A stretch of 64,000 bases of DNA from Phyllobates terribilis (lineage: Eukaryota), in the NCBI RefSeq assembly GCF_046119375.1, contig NW_027362762.1, forward strand, positions 127,348,001 through 127,412,000, given 5' to 3'. Numbering within the stretch: the stretch's first letter is position 1; every line of letters begins with the position of its first letter. The notes under the pieces were generated by a model. That model had not been told where the DNA came from. It did no database searches and saw only the letters and a list, made by a program, of their open reading frames with translations. Shown here in pieces: positions 11,262-23,771 of the stretch. Both the position numbers and the translations under genes were made by a program.

Positions 11262-12259
11262 GCCTGATCATGCTGGTGGTGGTCAGCCTGGTAGTTTTGT
11301 CACCCTTGCTGATGCTGGCATGGCAGGTGGTACAAATGGCCTTTATGGGGTTGTCAGCAGAGTCTTTAAAAAAATTCCAGACTCTGGAAGACCTACCGGT
11401 TGTACTGGCAACGTCCCTCGTGTTGGTGTTATGGGGAACTGTAGCCCGCCCTCTGTGTGCGGCTACCATACTGCTTCTTCCTGCCTGTTGGGGTACTCTG
11501 CCTCCCTCCCCCTGTGTGCTGCTGGCCTCGCTCTGCGTGTCCTCCTGCCACGTTGGGTCAGTTACTAGATCATCCACCACCTCCTCCTCTTCCACTTGCG
11601 CACCACGATCTTCCTCCTCACTTCGTGGCAATTGTGTCTCGTCATCGTCCACCTCTTGTGACAAATTGCCAGCGTCGACTTCCTGTGGCCGTGGCTGTTC
11701 AAATATTTGGGCATCGCTACATGGGATCTCCTCTTCCACCACATCAAGCAGAGCAGGCGAGGGGAAAAAATATGGAAATGGACCAGTGAACAGCTCTTCA
11801 GAGTGTCCAAGTTTGGGATCAGTTGCTGTCTGATGACAATCGGCATGGTGGGAGGAAGGAGCATCAGGGTGAGGAGGAGTATGCGGTCGAGACTCACGGC
11901 TACTAAAACTTGACCGTGTGGAAGACAGACCGGAGGTGGTGGTGCCCAGGTAACTGGAAGTATTATCTGCTATCCAATTAATAACCTGTTCACACTGATC
12001 AGTTCGCAATACTGGTGTTGTAGTGTGCTTCCCTAGTAATTCGTTCAAGAAGTGGGAGCGAGAAGATGTGGCTGTTGGTTGTGGCACATTTTCACCTTGG
12101 CCACGGCCCCGTCCTCTACACGCACCATCACCAGAACGTCCAGTTCCACGTCCCTTGCCACGCGCCTTGCCCATTGTAAATGAAGTAAAATAGCTTACAC
12201 TCGCACTATCAATGGAAATAGGGTAATAAAAGGGAGATTAGAACCGTGGAAGAGGAAAA

Positions 12260-12782
12260 CCACAGTTCTATTTCTCTGGCCTACACCAGACTCTTTTAAA
12301 CAGATATATTGGTGTCTGAACAGTCAGGGAGACACTATTACAGATTTTTTTTGTGGCAAAAAATGCCAAAAGCAGGATAATACAGAGATTTGACCCGTGG
12401 AACTGCAAAACCACAGTTCTATTTCTCTGGCCTACACCAGACTCTTTTAAACAGATATATTGGTGTTGACCAGTCAGGGAGACACTATTACAGTTTTTTT
12501 TTACGGCAAAAAATGCCAAAAGCAGGATAATACAGAGATTTGACCCGTGGAACTGCAAAACCACAGTTCTATTTCTCTGGCCTACACCAGGCTCTTTTAA
12601 ACAGATATATTGGTGTCTGAACAGTCAGGGAGACACTATTACAGATTTTTTTGCGGCAAAAAATGCCAAAAGCAGGATAATACAGAGATTTGACCCATGG
12701 AACTGCAAAACCACAGTTCTATTTCTCTGGCCTACACCGGACTCTTTTAAACAGATATATTGGTGTCTGAACAGTCACAGAC
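12260..12782. repeat. 150-bp tandem repeat (~3.5 copies) upstream of the hAT transposase
   Basis: CCACAGTTCTATTTCTCTGG recurs at 12260, 12411, 12561, 12711. Confidence 0.93.
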
Positions 12783-13882
12783 ACACTCATTTTTTTTTTT
12801 TTTGGGGGGGGGGGATACCAAAAGGTCAATAAGACGCATATTTCTACAGTCTGACTGAGGGGAAAAAATACAGGATTTAGATGAAAAAAAAAAGGATTTT
12901 TCCTGGCCCCTGAGACCGGGGGATAAGCCTAGCAATTTGACCACCAGGAGCACACAGGACTGTAATGCACTGTTTGTTGGTATAACCACTGCATCTCCTA
13001 TACAGCCTGCCTGCCAGCCTGATATCTGGGATGGATATTAGTCCTGAGAAGGACTGTTTGTTTGATTTGGCAGGCTTTAGAGACCCTACCCTACCTATTT
13101 CGCACTATATATCTCTCCCTAACTCAGCAGCACTCTCCCTACACTGTCTGATCCGGAGCGACTGTGTCCAAGATGGCGGCGCGCGGTTTTAAATACTCGA
13201 GGTGACGCTGTGCGGCCAGCCAATCACTGTAATGCCCACAAACAACATGGCTGCGGCATTCCAGTGACTGGCTGGCAATCCCTGCATGTTCATTGGCTCT
13301 GTAAAGAGCGCCAAACGTGCAAGGCAGAGACCCGAGCTCCAGCCGGAGTAACCCGGAAATGCTTGGTGCTCGCCGAACATCCTGAGTAGTGAGATGCTCG
13401 GGCGAGTACCGAGCAGTGTCGAGCATGCGCGCTCAACACTAGTCCTAGTAGATTTTTCCCATGTGCTTAGGTGCTAATAATAGGAACAACTGCTCATCCT
13501 TCGGCCAGGTGCACACCACCTTATTTTCCATCCGAAAAAACACTGGTTCGTAATCAGACCAATGTTATTCTATGGGGCTGCGCACATGTCCAATTTTTTT
13601 GTCAGAGCGAGCCGGCCCAAGGTAAAAATCGCAGTATGCCCGAGTTGTATGTGATTCATCGGATTGCACTCAGCAAACCATGGAAACCATCGGGCTGCAA
13701 TCAGATGCCATCTGAGCACAGTCCAATTTCCAAGCACTGACACAATGGAGAAGATGGAGAAATTTTGTTCTCCATCTTCTCCACAGTATGCTCTAATTCT
13801 CTCATCTGAAAGAATGGGATCACACTATGCTGACGTTGATCAAACTCTGATCAGAGTGTCGTTTGCATAATCGACCTGATTA

Positions 13883-14401
13883 TGTCATGCAAGGTGCAGG
13901 AAAGACTAAGTGACACAAAGGGAAGGTGGGAAGGGGGCCTAGACTCTAGGGAAAGGGGGGAGTGGAGACCTACTAGGCTGAGCTGATATCTCCCTGACTC
14001 ACCTAAACGTCCCTATATTTGTTCCGCACCAATTGCCACACAGGAACCTGAGCGCTAGTTGAACCCTGCTAGCAACTAAAGACAACAAGGGGGAACAAAC
14101 AAGGAAAACAGCTTAGCTTTAGTCGACTTCAGAGAGATGCGCACAAGTCCTCTTAGCACCACAGAGGAAGAAGTACTGCTCTTGCTCAAGCCTTCACAAG
14201 GGTTCATGTGAATATCGCTGGCACCTCCCTCTAGCAAACAGCAGGTATTTAAACACCCAAGGCTGGTAATCAATTAGCAGGAGGAAGGTAGCCGCTGGGT
14301 CATAGCAACAGATTTAGGAAGATGTCTGCAATGCCAAACGAAGAGATCTCGTGCAACCAACTTCAGGGTGACTGTCTGTCCCATCTGACACACCCGTGAC
14401 A
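13883..14401. mobile_element. Solo LTR (519 bp)
   Basis: TGTCATG...CCGTGACA; flanks GATTA/GATTC (5-bp TSD, one mismatch). Confidence 0.7.
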
Positions 14402-14840
14402 GATTCTCTCAAATTAGATAATCTACGGCCGTCTTACCCTAGCCTCACTCTTTTCCAGATAACCAACATATGGTGAAAAAATGATTATAGGAGTTTCTAA
14501 ATTACCGAAAAAACAATAAAAGAAAAAACTTCTTGGAAAAATATATAATGGAAAAAATCTTTATTCAATAAATTCACACAATGGTTGAAAACATATAAAA
14601 GAAAGGTGTACTGCAGAGAATAAATGAGGTGGGATGCATAGCGTCAAAGCCTGTCCACAGAACGGAGATTTATACTGTAAAGGAACACTTCAATGTGGGC
14701 AGAACAATATGACCCAAATGAAGAATTATTTACATCCAAAAATCAAACAATCAGACAACCAAGTTATTGATCTTCCCTAAATAATTACAATAATGAAAAA
14801 ATACTCAATACAGTTTAGGTAAAGGTTTAGCAGCAAAATA

Positions 14841-15574
14841 CACGGTGTTCCAAATTATTATGCAAATAATATTTTCTCAGATTTTCCCAAATTACCTATA
14901 TGAATTGCAGTCATTGTAATTTTCCAGTCAAATAACTATTAGCGTACAATTGAAAGGTTTTTGTACAAACTGCCAAGGATAACAGAAAGGGGACAAACTT
15001 ATGGTGTGGCACCCATGCTACCCTGACCTCAACCCTATTGAGAACCTCTTGAGCATCATCAAAAGGAGTGTCTATGATGGCGGGAGGCAGTTCACATCTA
15101 AGCAACAGCTCTGGGAGGGTATTCTGTCCTCATGCAAAACAATTGAAGCAGAAACCATCCAAAACCTGACAAATTCAATGGACGAGAGAGTTCAGAAGCT
15201 CCTTTCGAACAAGGGGTCCTATGTGCAAATGTAACATCACCTAGAATAAAGTTTTGAGGTGAAAACTGTTTGATTTCAGTTTGTAATAACCTGCTAATGC
15301 TTATAATTGCAAAAATGACCATTTTTTTGTTCTTTATTAAAATGAAAAGGTTGAAAACTCTGCTGTGCATAATAATTTGGAACATGCATTTTGAGTGCAG
15401 TTTGAGTTTTTTATTTTTTTAAAAATATACTGTTATCATAGGCAGTTTGTACAAAAACCTTTCAATTGTACTCTAATAGTTATTTGACTGGAAAATTACA
15501 ATGACTGCAATTCATATAGGTAATTTGGGAAAATCTGAGAAAATATTATTTGCATAATAATTTGGAACACAGTG
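14841..15574 (+). mobile_element. Internally deleted Tc1 (734 bp) keeping the transposase C-terminus (15001-15234)
   Basis: TA-CACGGTGTTCCAAATTATTATGC...GCATAATAATTTGGAACACAGTG-TA; ~130-bp inverted arms; peptide PDLNPIENL. Confidence 0.9.
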
Positions 15575-15861
15575 TAGAGATGACTTGTATGCTATATAAA
15601 ATATACAATACCGTACCCAGGAGGATAAAGATAAATATAGAAAAGAATGCAGCTCAACATATGTGTGTGTTTGAATCAGTGGCTAAACCAATAGTAATAA
15701 ATCATAATAACAAAATGTCCCTTTAATGTTTTTTTTTTACTGATAGAAACCACATATAAGGTTAGAGTAGCTTAGTTGTATGATGTAAAGTAAACAATAT
15801 CAATTAGAAAAAAATAATGCTGGAATTGTGATGCAACCTATGAGTCTGAAATGTGATTTAA

Positions 15862-16301
15862 AGGGATTCTCCACTACTTGGACAACCCCTTCTCTAAATG
15901 TTTGGCTCCGAAAAAGAAAGAAAGCTTATATTCACCTCCCGTGCAGGTGCCGTTCCCACGGTGTCGGCACTCACGGTCCAGGGGCTCCCATGCTGTTGTT
16001 GTGACACATGACACCATCGCGGCACTGTTCCCACCTTCGGACAAATCAAAAATGAAGAGGAAATCCGGGCTGCAGCTGATCTGACTTCCTCTTCATGTTA
16101 AATGCGACAGGAGGCGGGGACTGTGACGCCAGCGGTGATTGGGCACTGGCGTCACGTGTTACAACAACAGCACCAGAGTCCCGGGACTGAGAGTGCCAAC
16201 ATGTAGCCAGCACGGGAGGGGAATATACAGTAAGCTTCTTTATTTGATTGGGGCCAAGCGTGGGGTATGACAAGGAATTGTCCAAGCAGTGGACAACTTC
16301 T
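15862..16301. mobile_element. T2-family MITE (440 bp)
   Basis: TTAA-AGGGATTCTCCACTACTTGGAC...GTCCAAGCAGTGGACAACTTCT-TTAA; inverted arms. Confidence 0.8.
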
Positions 16302-17162
16302 TTAAATAAGGAGACAAACAAAGACGCAATTACATGATTACTATGAAATCATAGTTACCACCAGTTCCCCTGAAACGTGTTTCGCTCCTGTGGCTTCCTC
16401 AGAAAAGGTGTAAGTCTTTCCATCAAAGACACATGACCCGTCTTCACCAATTCATAAAACCCATGGGAGAGGAAGCAGACTAACCTGAGTTTGGGCACTC
16501 CGTCTCCACATCCCCCATTTCCTTTACATGGATTATGTATGTCTTTTTGCAATATAATGGCTGTAGGAAGTAGTGGATTCCCATTTCATGCCTACTGTGC
16601 TAATAAATAAATCCAGTCCTAGATGTGCGACTCAGCAGTCAGCTCCCAATATATTACCCTAGTGCCAGATTACCAATTAAGCACAGTAGGCATCAGCCTA
16701 AAGGCCCTGCGTCCTTTCTAGGCCCTGCGCAATGGATGAAAAATAATATTTATTTGATATTGAAAGAAATGTACAATCAGCTTGCCGGCAGACATCAGAG
16801 GCCAGATGGAGCAAAGGAGCTCTGATTTCAACATTACAGAAAGCGCCAGTAAAATGATGTTTCAGCTGTTGTCAGGAATATTCGAGAATTCACGAGTGGT
16901 AGAGGAGGGGCAACTATATAATCGGACATGGCAACTGTATGATTGGCAAGAACGGGGAGTGGGAGTGGAGGAGAGGTAAGTGGCCGTGAGTTCTCGCCGA
17001 CTGTAGATCATAACAGAACATTCATGAGTAGAAGCGTGAGGAGAACAGATGAGTATATATAGGTTTACACCAAGGTCAACGTTAGTTATTTACCTTTTCT
17101 GGGTTATAATGAAGTTTGATTTACTTAATTTTCTTTCTGATTAATAAAATTAAATTTGTGTG

Positions 17163-19236
17163 TTACCCCTTCATGACCTTTGACGTATAGCTATATCATA
17201 GTGATCTTGCGCGGCACAATTGCTGTGCCCGCTCGATCGCCACTGGTAGCTCACTTGACATGATGGCCGAGCCCCGGCTGTCACAGCCTAGGAGCAGTGC
17301 CCGCCATGCCCCTGCCTGTTTAACCCCCTAAATATCACAATGATCAATATCGATCACAGCAGGATAGGAGAGGGAGTGGGCGAGGGGCGTCATGCTGGTG
17401 TATTGCAATGCATTATACCAGCGATCAGAGTAATAAAAGTTAAAGTCTCATAAAGTGACTAAGTAAAAAAGTTAAAAAAATGTAAAAAAAAATAAATGTA
17501 AAAATGTATTTTTTGAAAAAAATCACAAAATAAGTAAAACAATGAAAAAAAACATTATAACAATAAATACGTATATTTAAGTAAAAAAAATACACATATT
17601 TGGAATCGTTGCATCCGGAACGACCCAACCTATAAAACTGGCATATTAGTTAAACCCACCAGTTAACACCAAACAAAAAAAATGTAAAAATGTGGTAAAA
17701 ACGATGCTTTTTCATCATACCGCCAAACAAAGAGTGAAATAAAACGCGATCAAAAAGTCAAATGGAAATAAAATGAGCTGAAAACTTTATCTTGTCTCAC
17801 AAAAAACAAGCCGCCATACAGCTCCATCAGTGGAAAAATAAAAAAGCTACAGGTTTTAGAATCAAGCGATTCAAAAATATATATTTTTTCTATAAAATGG
17901 TTTTTATGGTGTAAAACAGGCAAAACGTAACAAAATTATATACATGTAGTATCGCTGTAATCGTACTAACCAGAACAGCATAAAAACCCCTTCAAAAAAT
18001 CAATTCCTGAATTGCTGGTTTTTGTTCATTCTGCCTACTAAAAATCAGAATAGAAAGTGATCAAAAAATGTTATGTACCCAGAAATGGTAACAATAAAAA
18101 CATCAACTCGTCCTGCAAAAAACAAGCCCTCACATGACTCTGTCGGCCGAACTATAGAAAGTGTGTGACAACAGCCAAACATAAAAAAACAATAAAAATC
18201 TGGTATCACTGTAATCGCACCCGAAGAATAAAGCTGTCTTATCACTTATACCACAACAGGAACGGTGTAAAAAATAAATAAAACCAATTCTTCACCTGCT
18301 GCTGATTTGTTCATTCTGCCTCCCAAACATTGTAATAAGGCTCGGCTCACATCTATCCTGCGCTCTGCGCTGAGAGCTTACATCGGGGTTTCCGTATAAA
18401 TCTCTGAAATACGTGATTCAGACGGAACCCCAGCAAAAGATTCCCTATAATGAAACAGATGGAGACACTGTGGACACCGTCTGACCTGTGATCCGGCGAT
18501 GTCTGTCTTTTTAAGCGTGCATAAAAGTACGATCTGACAACAGTTTGGTGAACCTCTGAAAAGATGGACAGAGTCCAGAGTAACTCTGCTGCCTCATTAT
18601 AGTGAATGGATCCCTCAGAGGTTTCATCTGAATCACATCATTCGGACATTTAGATGGAAACTCAATGTAAGTGCTCAGAGTAGAGCTCAGGATAAATGTG
18701 ATCCAAAATGTTATGTAAAATCTTCTCAATAAAAGCTTCAAATCAATCCACAAAAAAGCAAGTTCCCACTCAGGTTCGTCATCTGTTACTGGGGGCTTCC
18801 ATGTTACTGGTAGCACAATAGCTCTGGAGAAGCACTATGGCTCCTAGCCCCCCAAAAGAAATCCAGCAAATTCTGCACTCCCAAATCCAAATGCCCCCCT
18901 CCCTTCTGAGCCCCAGGGTGCCTAAGCCACATTTAGCATCCACATGTTTGGCATTTCTGTACGAATGAGTGCTCGCCTAGTTTATGGGTACATGTCTGTA
19001 GAAGCATGAGGTGGGCATAATGTACGGGCACTACAATGTATTGGCACTATAGTGGCAGATTTGCAATTTTCACTCAACAACATCCAATGCTCCTCATTTG
19101 TGGAAAACATCCATGTAGTCAAAATCATCACTACACTGTAGATAAATTCCCAGAGGGGGTCACTTGAGGGGAGATTCTGTTCTTCTGGCACTTAATGGTC
19201 CTGTATATGGAGTCCGCAAAGCTATTACATATGTAA
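17163..19236. mobile_element. Remnant of a long non-autonomous TTAA-type (Kolobok/T2-like) repeat, no coding capacity
   Basis: Starts TTACCCCTTCATGACC; A-rich internal modules with local duplications (e.g. GATTTGTTCATTCTGCCT twice); class from recall only. Confidence 0.4.
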
Positions 19237-21083
19237 TTAAAGGGATTTTCCAGGATTGCTCAAGGGTTGAAAACGAGTAGAGAATGCTATAAAAAAATAA
19301 CAAAAAACTTACTAGTAAAATCCCCCTCCATCTGAATCAGCCATCAATCACTAACCTCAGAGGTCAAATTTCATGGATGCAAATTCCACTGCAGAAGCTA
19401 ATGATTGTCTGCAGCGGTCACAGGAATGATGAAGGTGATGACACCAATGCAGGACTGTAGAAAGTAAAAAGTTGTCTGTAGACAGTTGGTTTATTCTGAA
19501 CTGGAAGTGACGCACCCCTGGGCCTTCGTCGCGCGGCATCGCGCGCACGGGAGCTTACCCGGAGCCGGATCTGTTGAGGGTTGTAGTCTCGTGGCGGTGA
19601 CCCGGTCCGTGCCCAGGGAGTCAAACTGAGCGGAGATGTATTAGCGGTAGATGTTGGACGACTACGCCACCCGTTGAGTACAGCTAAGGAGCTGCTGCTG
19701 CAGGGCAGACCGCTGAGGCCGGTGGTAGGATTGTGCAGCGTGATAGTATAACCCCCAACGGGAGGGGTATGGCCTCAGGGCAGCCGACGTGGATGATGGG
19801 GGTAGCAGGAACCACTCGGAGACGGTACGGTGTAGTTCAGGGTCTTTACTGGTGACAAAGATAGACCCTCCCGGAGTACTGGCTAGCGATTGGGGCCTGG
19901 TCAGTCCTTGAGCAGATGGGATCTCCCCTGGCCAGGCGGAGTTGTAGGCCTCCCAAACTAACTGTACTCTTCTGGCTACCTTGCTAGAGGCGGGTATAAG
20001 TAGCCCACGTCCCTGAGTGTACCGTGTGGTGCTCACCCGTATGGCCGGTGACTCGGGGCCTTCTAGTAGCTTCCGCTCCACGACGGCGGTGCTGGTCCCA
20101 TGCGTGTGACCGTGCCTTCGGGTTTCTTGGCCAGAGGACCTGAAATCCCCTGCCTGATGGATTCTGCTGCTGGGTAGGAGTTAGTCCCCACAGCCTCGGA
20201 CTCCGGGTCCGGTAAGAAATCTTCTCAGTCAGGGCGAGCTCTGCAGCTGCCAGCCCCTGACTCCTTGTAACACTGCTCCCACAGAGCTCCTGTTGTTTCT
20301 TCCCATAGCTGCTTCTCTTCTCTGTCTCTACTTATGGCATGGCCCAGGAGCTGGGCCCAGCCGGAGCCACAGCTCCCTGTCAGCCCTCCTGGCTGAACTC
20401 TCCCTCTGAACTCTCTAACCCTGCCTCAGCCCCAGGTTTATATAGGGGAAGTTCTTCCCCTCCCAGGACTGGGCAGGAGGTGTGGCATGCATAGGATTCC
20501 TGACCAAGAGACCTCCCACCTGCTCTCAGACATAACATTGCTGTTACTGTGGAAACCAGACCCCTGGGGTGCCACATTCCCCCCTAGTGAAATTTAGTAC
20601 TCCGGGACTAAACATATTTTTAGAAAAACATAACAAGGTATAAACAATAATAATACAATAAGAAAAACACATAAAGATGGTTACGGCGTGTCCGCAACCG
20701 GGTGCAGTTTTGAAGAAAAGCAAGGTGTCCATTTCACCAAAACAGGGAGACGTAACCAGGTAGGGGTCTGTCCTGCCCCGAGTCCTTAACAGTCTTTAGT
20801 CCATTCCTGGGTTACGCTCCAACCATGTACAAAGGATTCCCGGTAAATCCACCAAAGACTCCCATAAATTGCTAGAAACACATAATTATTTACAGGATAT
20901 GGCCGCTCTCAGTCCTCGGCCAGTGGGGATAAGGAATGGCTGCTCACAGTCCTCAGCCTGGTTTAAGATAGGGGCACATGGGGAACAATTCACTAATCCC
21001 AACGGGGACCATATTTTAATTAGCAGCAGTCCTTGTACACTTACGGGTAACTATTTACAGCTCTTTATTCACGCTACTTCCCT

Positions 21084-21485
21084 TCAGTAGCTATGTCCTC
21101 TTTGTGCTCCCTCCTGAGGGTAGTCCTCAGACCCGTCCGGGTCCTCTTGGCTTTCCTCGTATTGGTAGTACTGCAGCTCCTCCTCGGTTAGCTGGGTTAG
21201 TATCTCTGCGACAGTCCTCCTCCCAGGTGGCCAGGACTTTACCTCCCTTTGGGCTGCCCCGGTTAATTGGGCCACCAGGATGCTCACTTTTTGCTCCTCT
21301 GTGAGGGGGTACACCTGGAAGAGGCTATCCAGCTTTTCTCTAAAGTCATGCAGGGTATGTGACTCCCCTGAGTACTGGGGTAGCCAGGCTGCCCCCGGGA
21401 TATAGGGCATGGTGAAAGGCATGACCGCAACAGCGGTGGCGCTGGCGGGGGTTGAAGCGGTGAAGCTCTCCTCCGTATCCGACAT
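21084..21485 (-). CDS. 133-aa truncated Gag of element X (PNMA-like capsid N-terminal segment plus acidic tail)
   Basis: MSDTEES...WLPQYSGE...LHDFREKL...EEQKVSILVAQLTGAAQREV resembles gypsy/PNMA capsid, then EEELQYYQYEESQEDPD; expression unknown. Confidence 0.6.
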   Translation of the reverse strand: MSDTEESFTASTPASATAVAVMPFTMPYIPGAAWLPQYSGESHTLHDFREKLDSLFQVYPLTEEQKVSILVAQLTGAAQREVKSWPPGRRTVAEILTQLTEEELQYYQYEESQEDPDGSEDYPQEGAQRGHSY

Positions 21486-21901
21486 CCTTCTCCCCCCTAG
21501 TGGACCGTGGCCTACCTTGCGATGATCCTCTTCTGTAGGCCGCGGCTCCGCAGTGGATCGTCAGGGTTGAGGACCTTCCGTCGCACTCCTGTGACGTCGG
21601 CGTCTGCTGGGCTCCTTCCAGGACCTTACGCAACGTCCGGACGTGAGGCGGGGCTTCAGTTCTCGCGCGCTTTCGGAGTCCACGCCCCTCTTCTTCCCGC
21701 GCGGCGTCCTCAAGATGGCGTCCAATGGCGGGAAAACTCCACGTATGGCGGGAAGAAGGCTGAAGATGGCGCCGGATGGCAGGAAAACTCCACCGATGGC
21801 GGGAAGGAAGCGGAAGATGGCGCCGGATGGCGGGAATCTTCACCACAGGTAAGTTTGAACAGTCTTTTTCAGGCACGCAGTACCCGGTGGTTGCGGGCAC
21901 G

Positions 21902-21921
21902 GAATCCTGCCGACTACGCCA
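21902..21921 (-). promoter_or_regulatory. Primer-binding site of element X, complementary to the 3' end of tRNA-Ser(AGA/UGA)
   Basis: Plus strand GAATCCTGCCGACTACGCCA equals the last 20 nt (with CCA) of vertebrate tRNA-Ser; 5 nt from the 5' LTR end. Confidence 0.9.
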
Positions 21922-22884
21922 AAAGTTGACGCACCCCTGGGCCTTCGTCGCGCGGCATCGCGCGCACGGGAGCTTACCCGGAGCCGGATCTGTTGAGGGT
22001 TGTAGTCTCGTGGCGGTGACCCGGTCCGTGCCCAGGGAGTCAAACTGAGCGGCGATGTATTAGCGGTAGATGTTGGACGACTACGTCACCCATTGAGTAC
22101 AGCTAAGGAGCTGCTGCTGCAGGGCAGACCGCTGAGGCCGGTGGTAGGATTGTGCAGCGTGATAGTATAACCCCCAACGGGAGGGGCATGGCCTCAGGGC
22201 AGCCGACGTGGATGATGGGGGTAGCAGGAACCACTTGGAGACGGTACGGTGTAGTTCAGGGTCTTTACTGGTGACAAAGATAGACCCTCCCGGAGTACTG
22301 GCTAGCGATTGGGGCCTGGTCAGTCCTTGAGCAGATGGGATCTCCCCTGGCCAGGCGGAGTTGTAGGCCTCCCAAACTAACTGTACTCTTCTGGCTACCT
22401 TGCTAGAGGCGGGTATAAGTAGCCCACGTCCCTGAGTGTACCGTGTGGTGCTTGTTATGTTCTGCTACCAGAGCTAAGGAAAGAGAGGAGATCTGTCCCT
22501 ACGATAGAACTCAGCTGAATCCCTACGATGTAACAGGGAACCTGATCCTGCGATCAGACCTGCTAAAGTCCTAAGCTAGTCTGTACGAAGACCTATAGAT
22601 GTGGGGGAGGAATCCCTACAAGTACTAAGGACTGGGAGGAATATGGGACACCTCCTAACAGAAATAGTAGCAGACAGACGAACAAACAAAATATAAAGAA
22701 CATAGAGGTCAGTAAACCAAGCAAACTAACAGAGCAAGACACAGAGCACAGGCTAGCTAGAAAGTAGATATACAATGAAGTCCAGCAAAGCCAGAAGGGC
22801 GGAGCAGGATTAAATAGGCCAACAAGGTCATGTGACCAGCAAAGGAAAAAACCTAAGAGCAAGGTTCTAACAGTACCCCCCCTT

Positions 22885-23771
22885 CTAAGAGGATCCTCCG
22901 GATCCCCTAGGACCAGGCTTATCAGGAAATCTCCTGTGAAACGCTCTGATAAGTCTGGACGCGGAAACATCATCTGACCTCACCCAAGAGTTATCCTCGG
23001 GTCCGAAACCTTTCCAGGCCACAAGATACTGCAAACTACCTCTATACCGTCTAGAGTCAAGGATGCGAGAAATTTCATATTCCCCGTCCTCCACCACCGG
23101 AGGAACAGAGGCAGAGGCGTCACCATCTGACACAACAGCTTTTTTTAACAGAGAGACATGAAAGACCGGATTAATTCTCCAGGAGGTAGGAACCTCCAAC
23201 CTAACAGCAGATTGGTTGACAACCTGAAGCACCTTAAAGGGCCCTACAAACTTGGGACCCAATTTCTTAGAAGGAAACCTCAACCGCAGATTCCTAGAGG
23301 ACAACCAAACCATGTCACCAACAGCGAACAAAACCTCCTGTCGTTTCCTATCAAAGTAGTCTTTAGATTTTCTGTTGGCCTCCTGAAGATTACCACGCAC
23401 ATCCGTCCAAACTCTTTCCAAATCACCGGAAAAATTCTCCTCCTCAGGCACGGCAGATCCCAACTTGGAGAACGACCCAAACGACGGATGTCTCCCAGAA
23501 CAACAAAAAAAAGGCGAACAACCAGCAGAAGAAGATGTATGATTGTTCAGAGCAAATTCGGCAAGTGGCAGAAACTCAGACCACCCCTCTTGATTGTCTG
23601 CCACAAAACAACGCAAGAACTGCTCAACATCCTGGTTTTTCCTTTCTGTCTGGCCATTAGATTCAGGATGATATCCGGACGAAAACGACAAATGAATTCC
23701 CAACCTGTCACAAAAGGCACGCCAAAAACGAGCCACGAACTGAGGACCCCTATCAGAAACAATGTCAGTAG
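22885..23771 (-). pseudogene. gag-pol of B, 3' part: integrase core, GPY/F region, chromodomain
   Basis: DIVSDRGPQF...HPESNGQTER...GPFKV...YLVAWKGFGPEDNSWV; continuous with the 5' part after removing C. Confidence 0.93.

Larger units (their letters stand above)
9190..12174 (-). pseudogene. hAT transposase N-terminus with BED zinc finger, split by LTR D and truncated
   Basis: ORF 12174-11262: RG-rich start, acidic linker, SRVWNFFKD...AICTTCHASI...TTSMIR; after removing the LTR and one TSD copy it continues HIAAKHPTLWGEPP, completing C-C-H-H. Confidence 0.8.
9188..13441 (-). mobile_element. hAT DNA transposon, 5' part only (3'-truncated), interrupted by solo LTR D
   Basis: Terminus TAGTGTTGAGCG at 13441 (minus) with CTCG/GTTCG-rich subterminal region, 150-bp tandem array, then BED-finger ORF. 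Confidence 0.75.

Noticed and set aside
11210-11913. Plus-strand hydrophobic ORFs resembling membrane proteins
   Set aside because: Antisense translations of the hAT transposase linker.
21902-21921. tRNA-Ser gene
   Set aside because: Only the last 20 nt including CCA match, next to an LTR; this is a primer-binding site.
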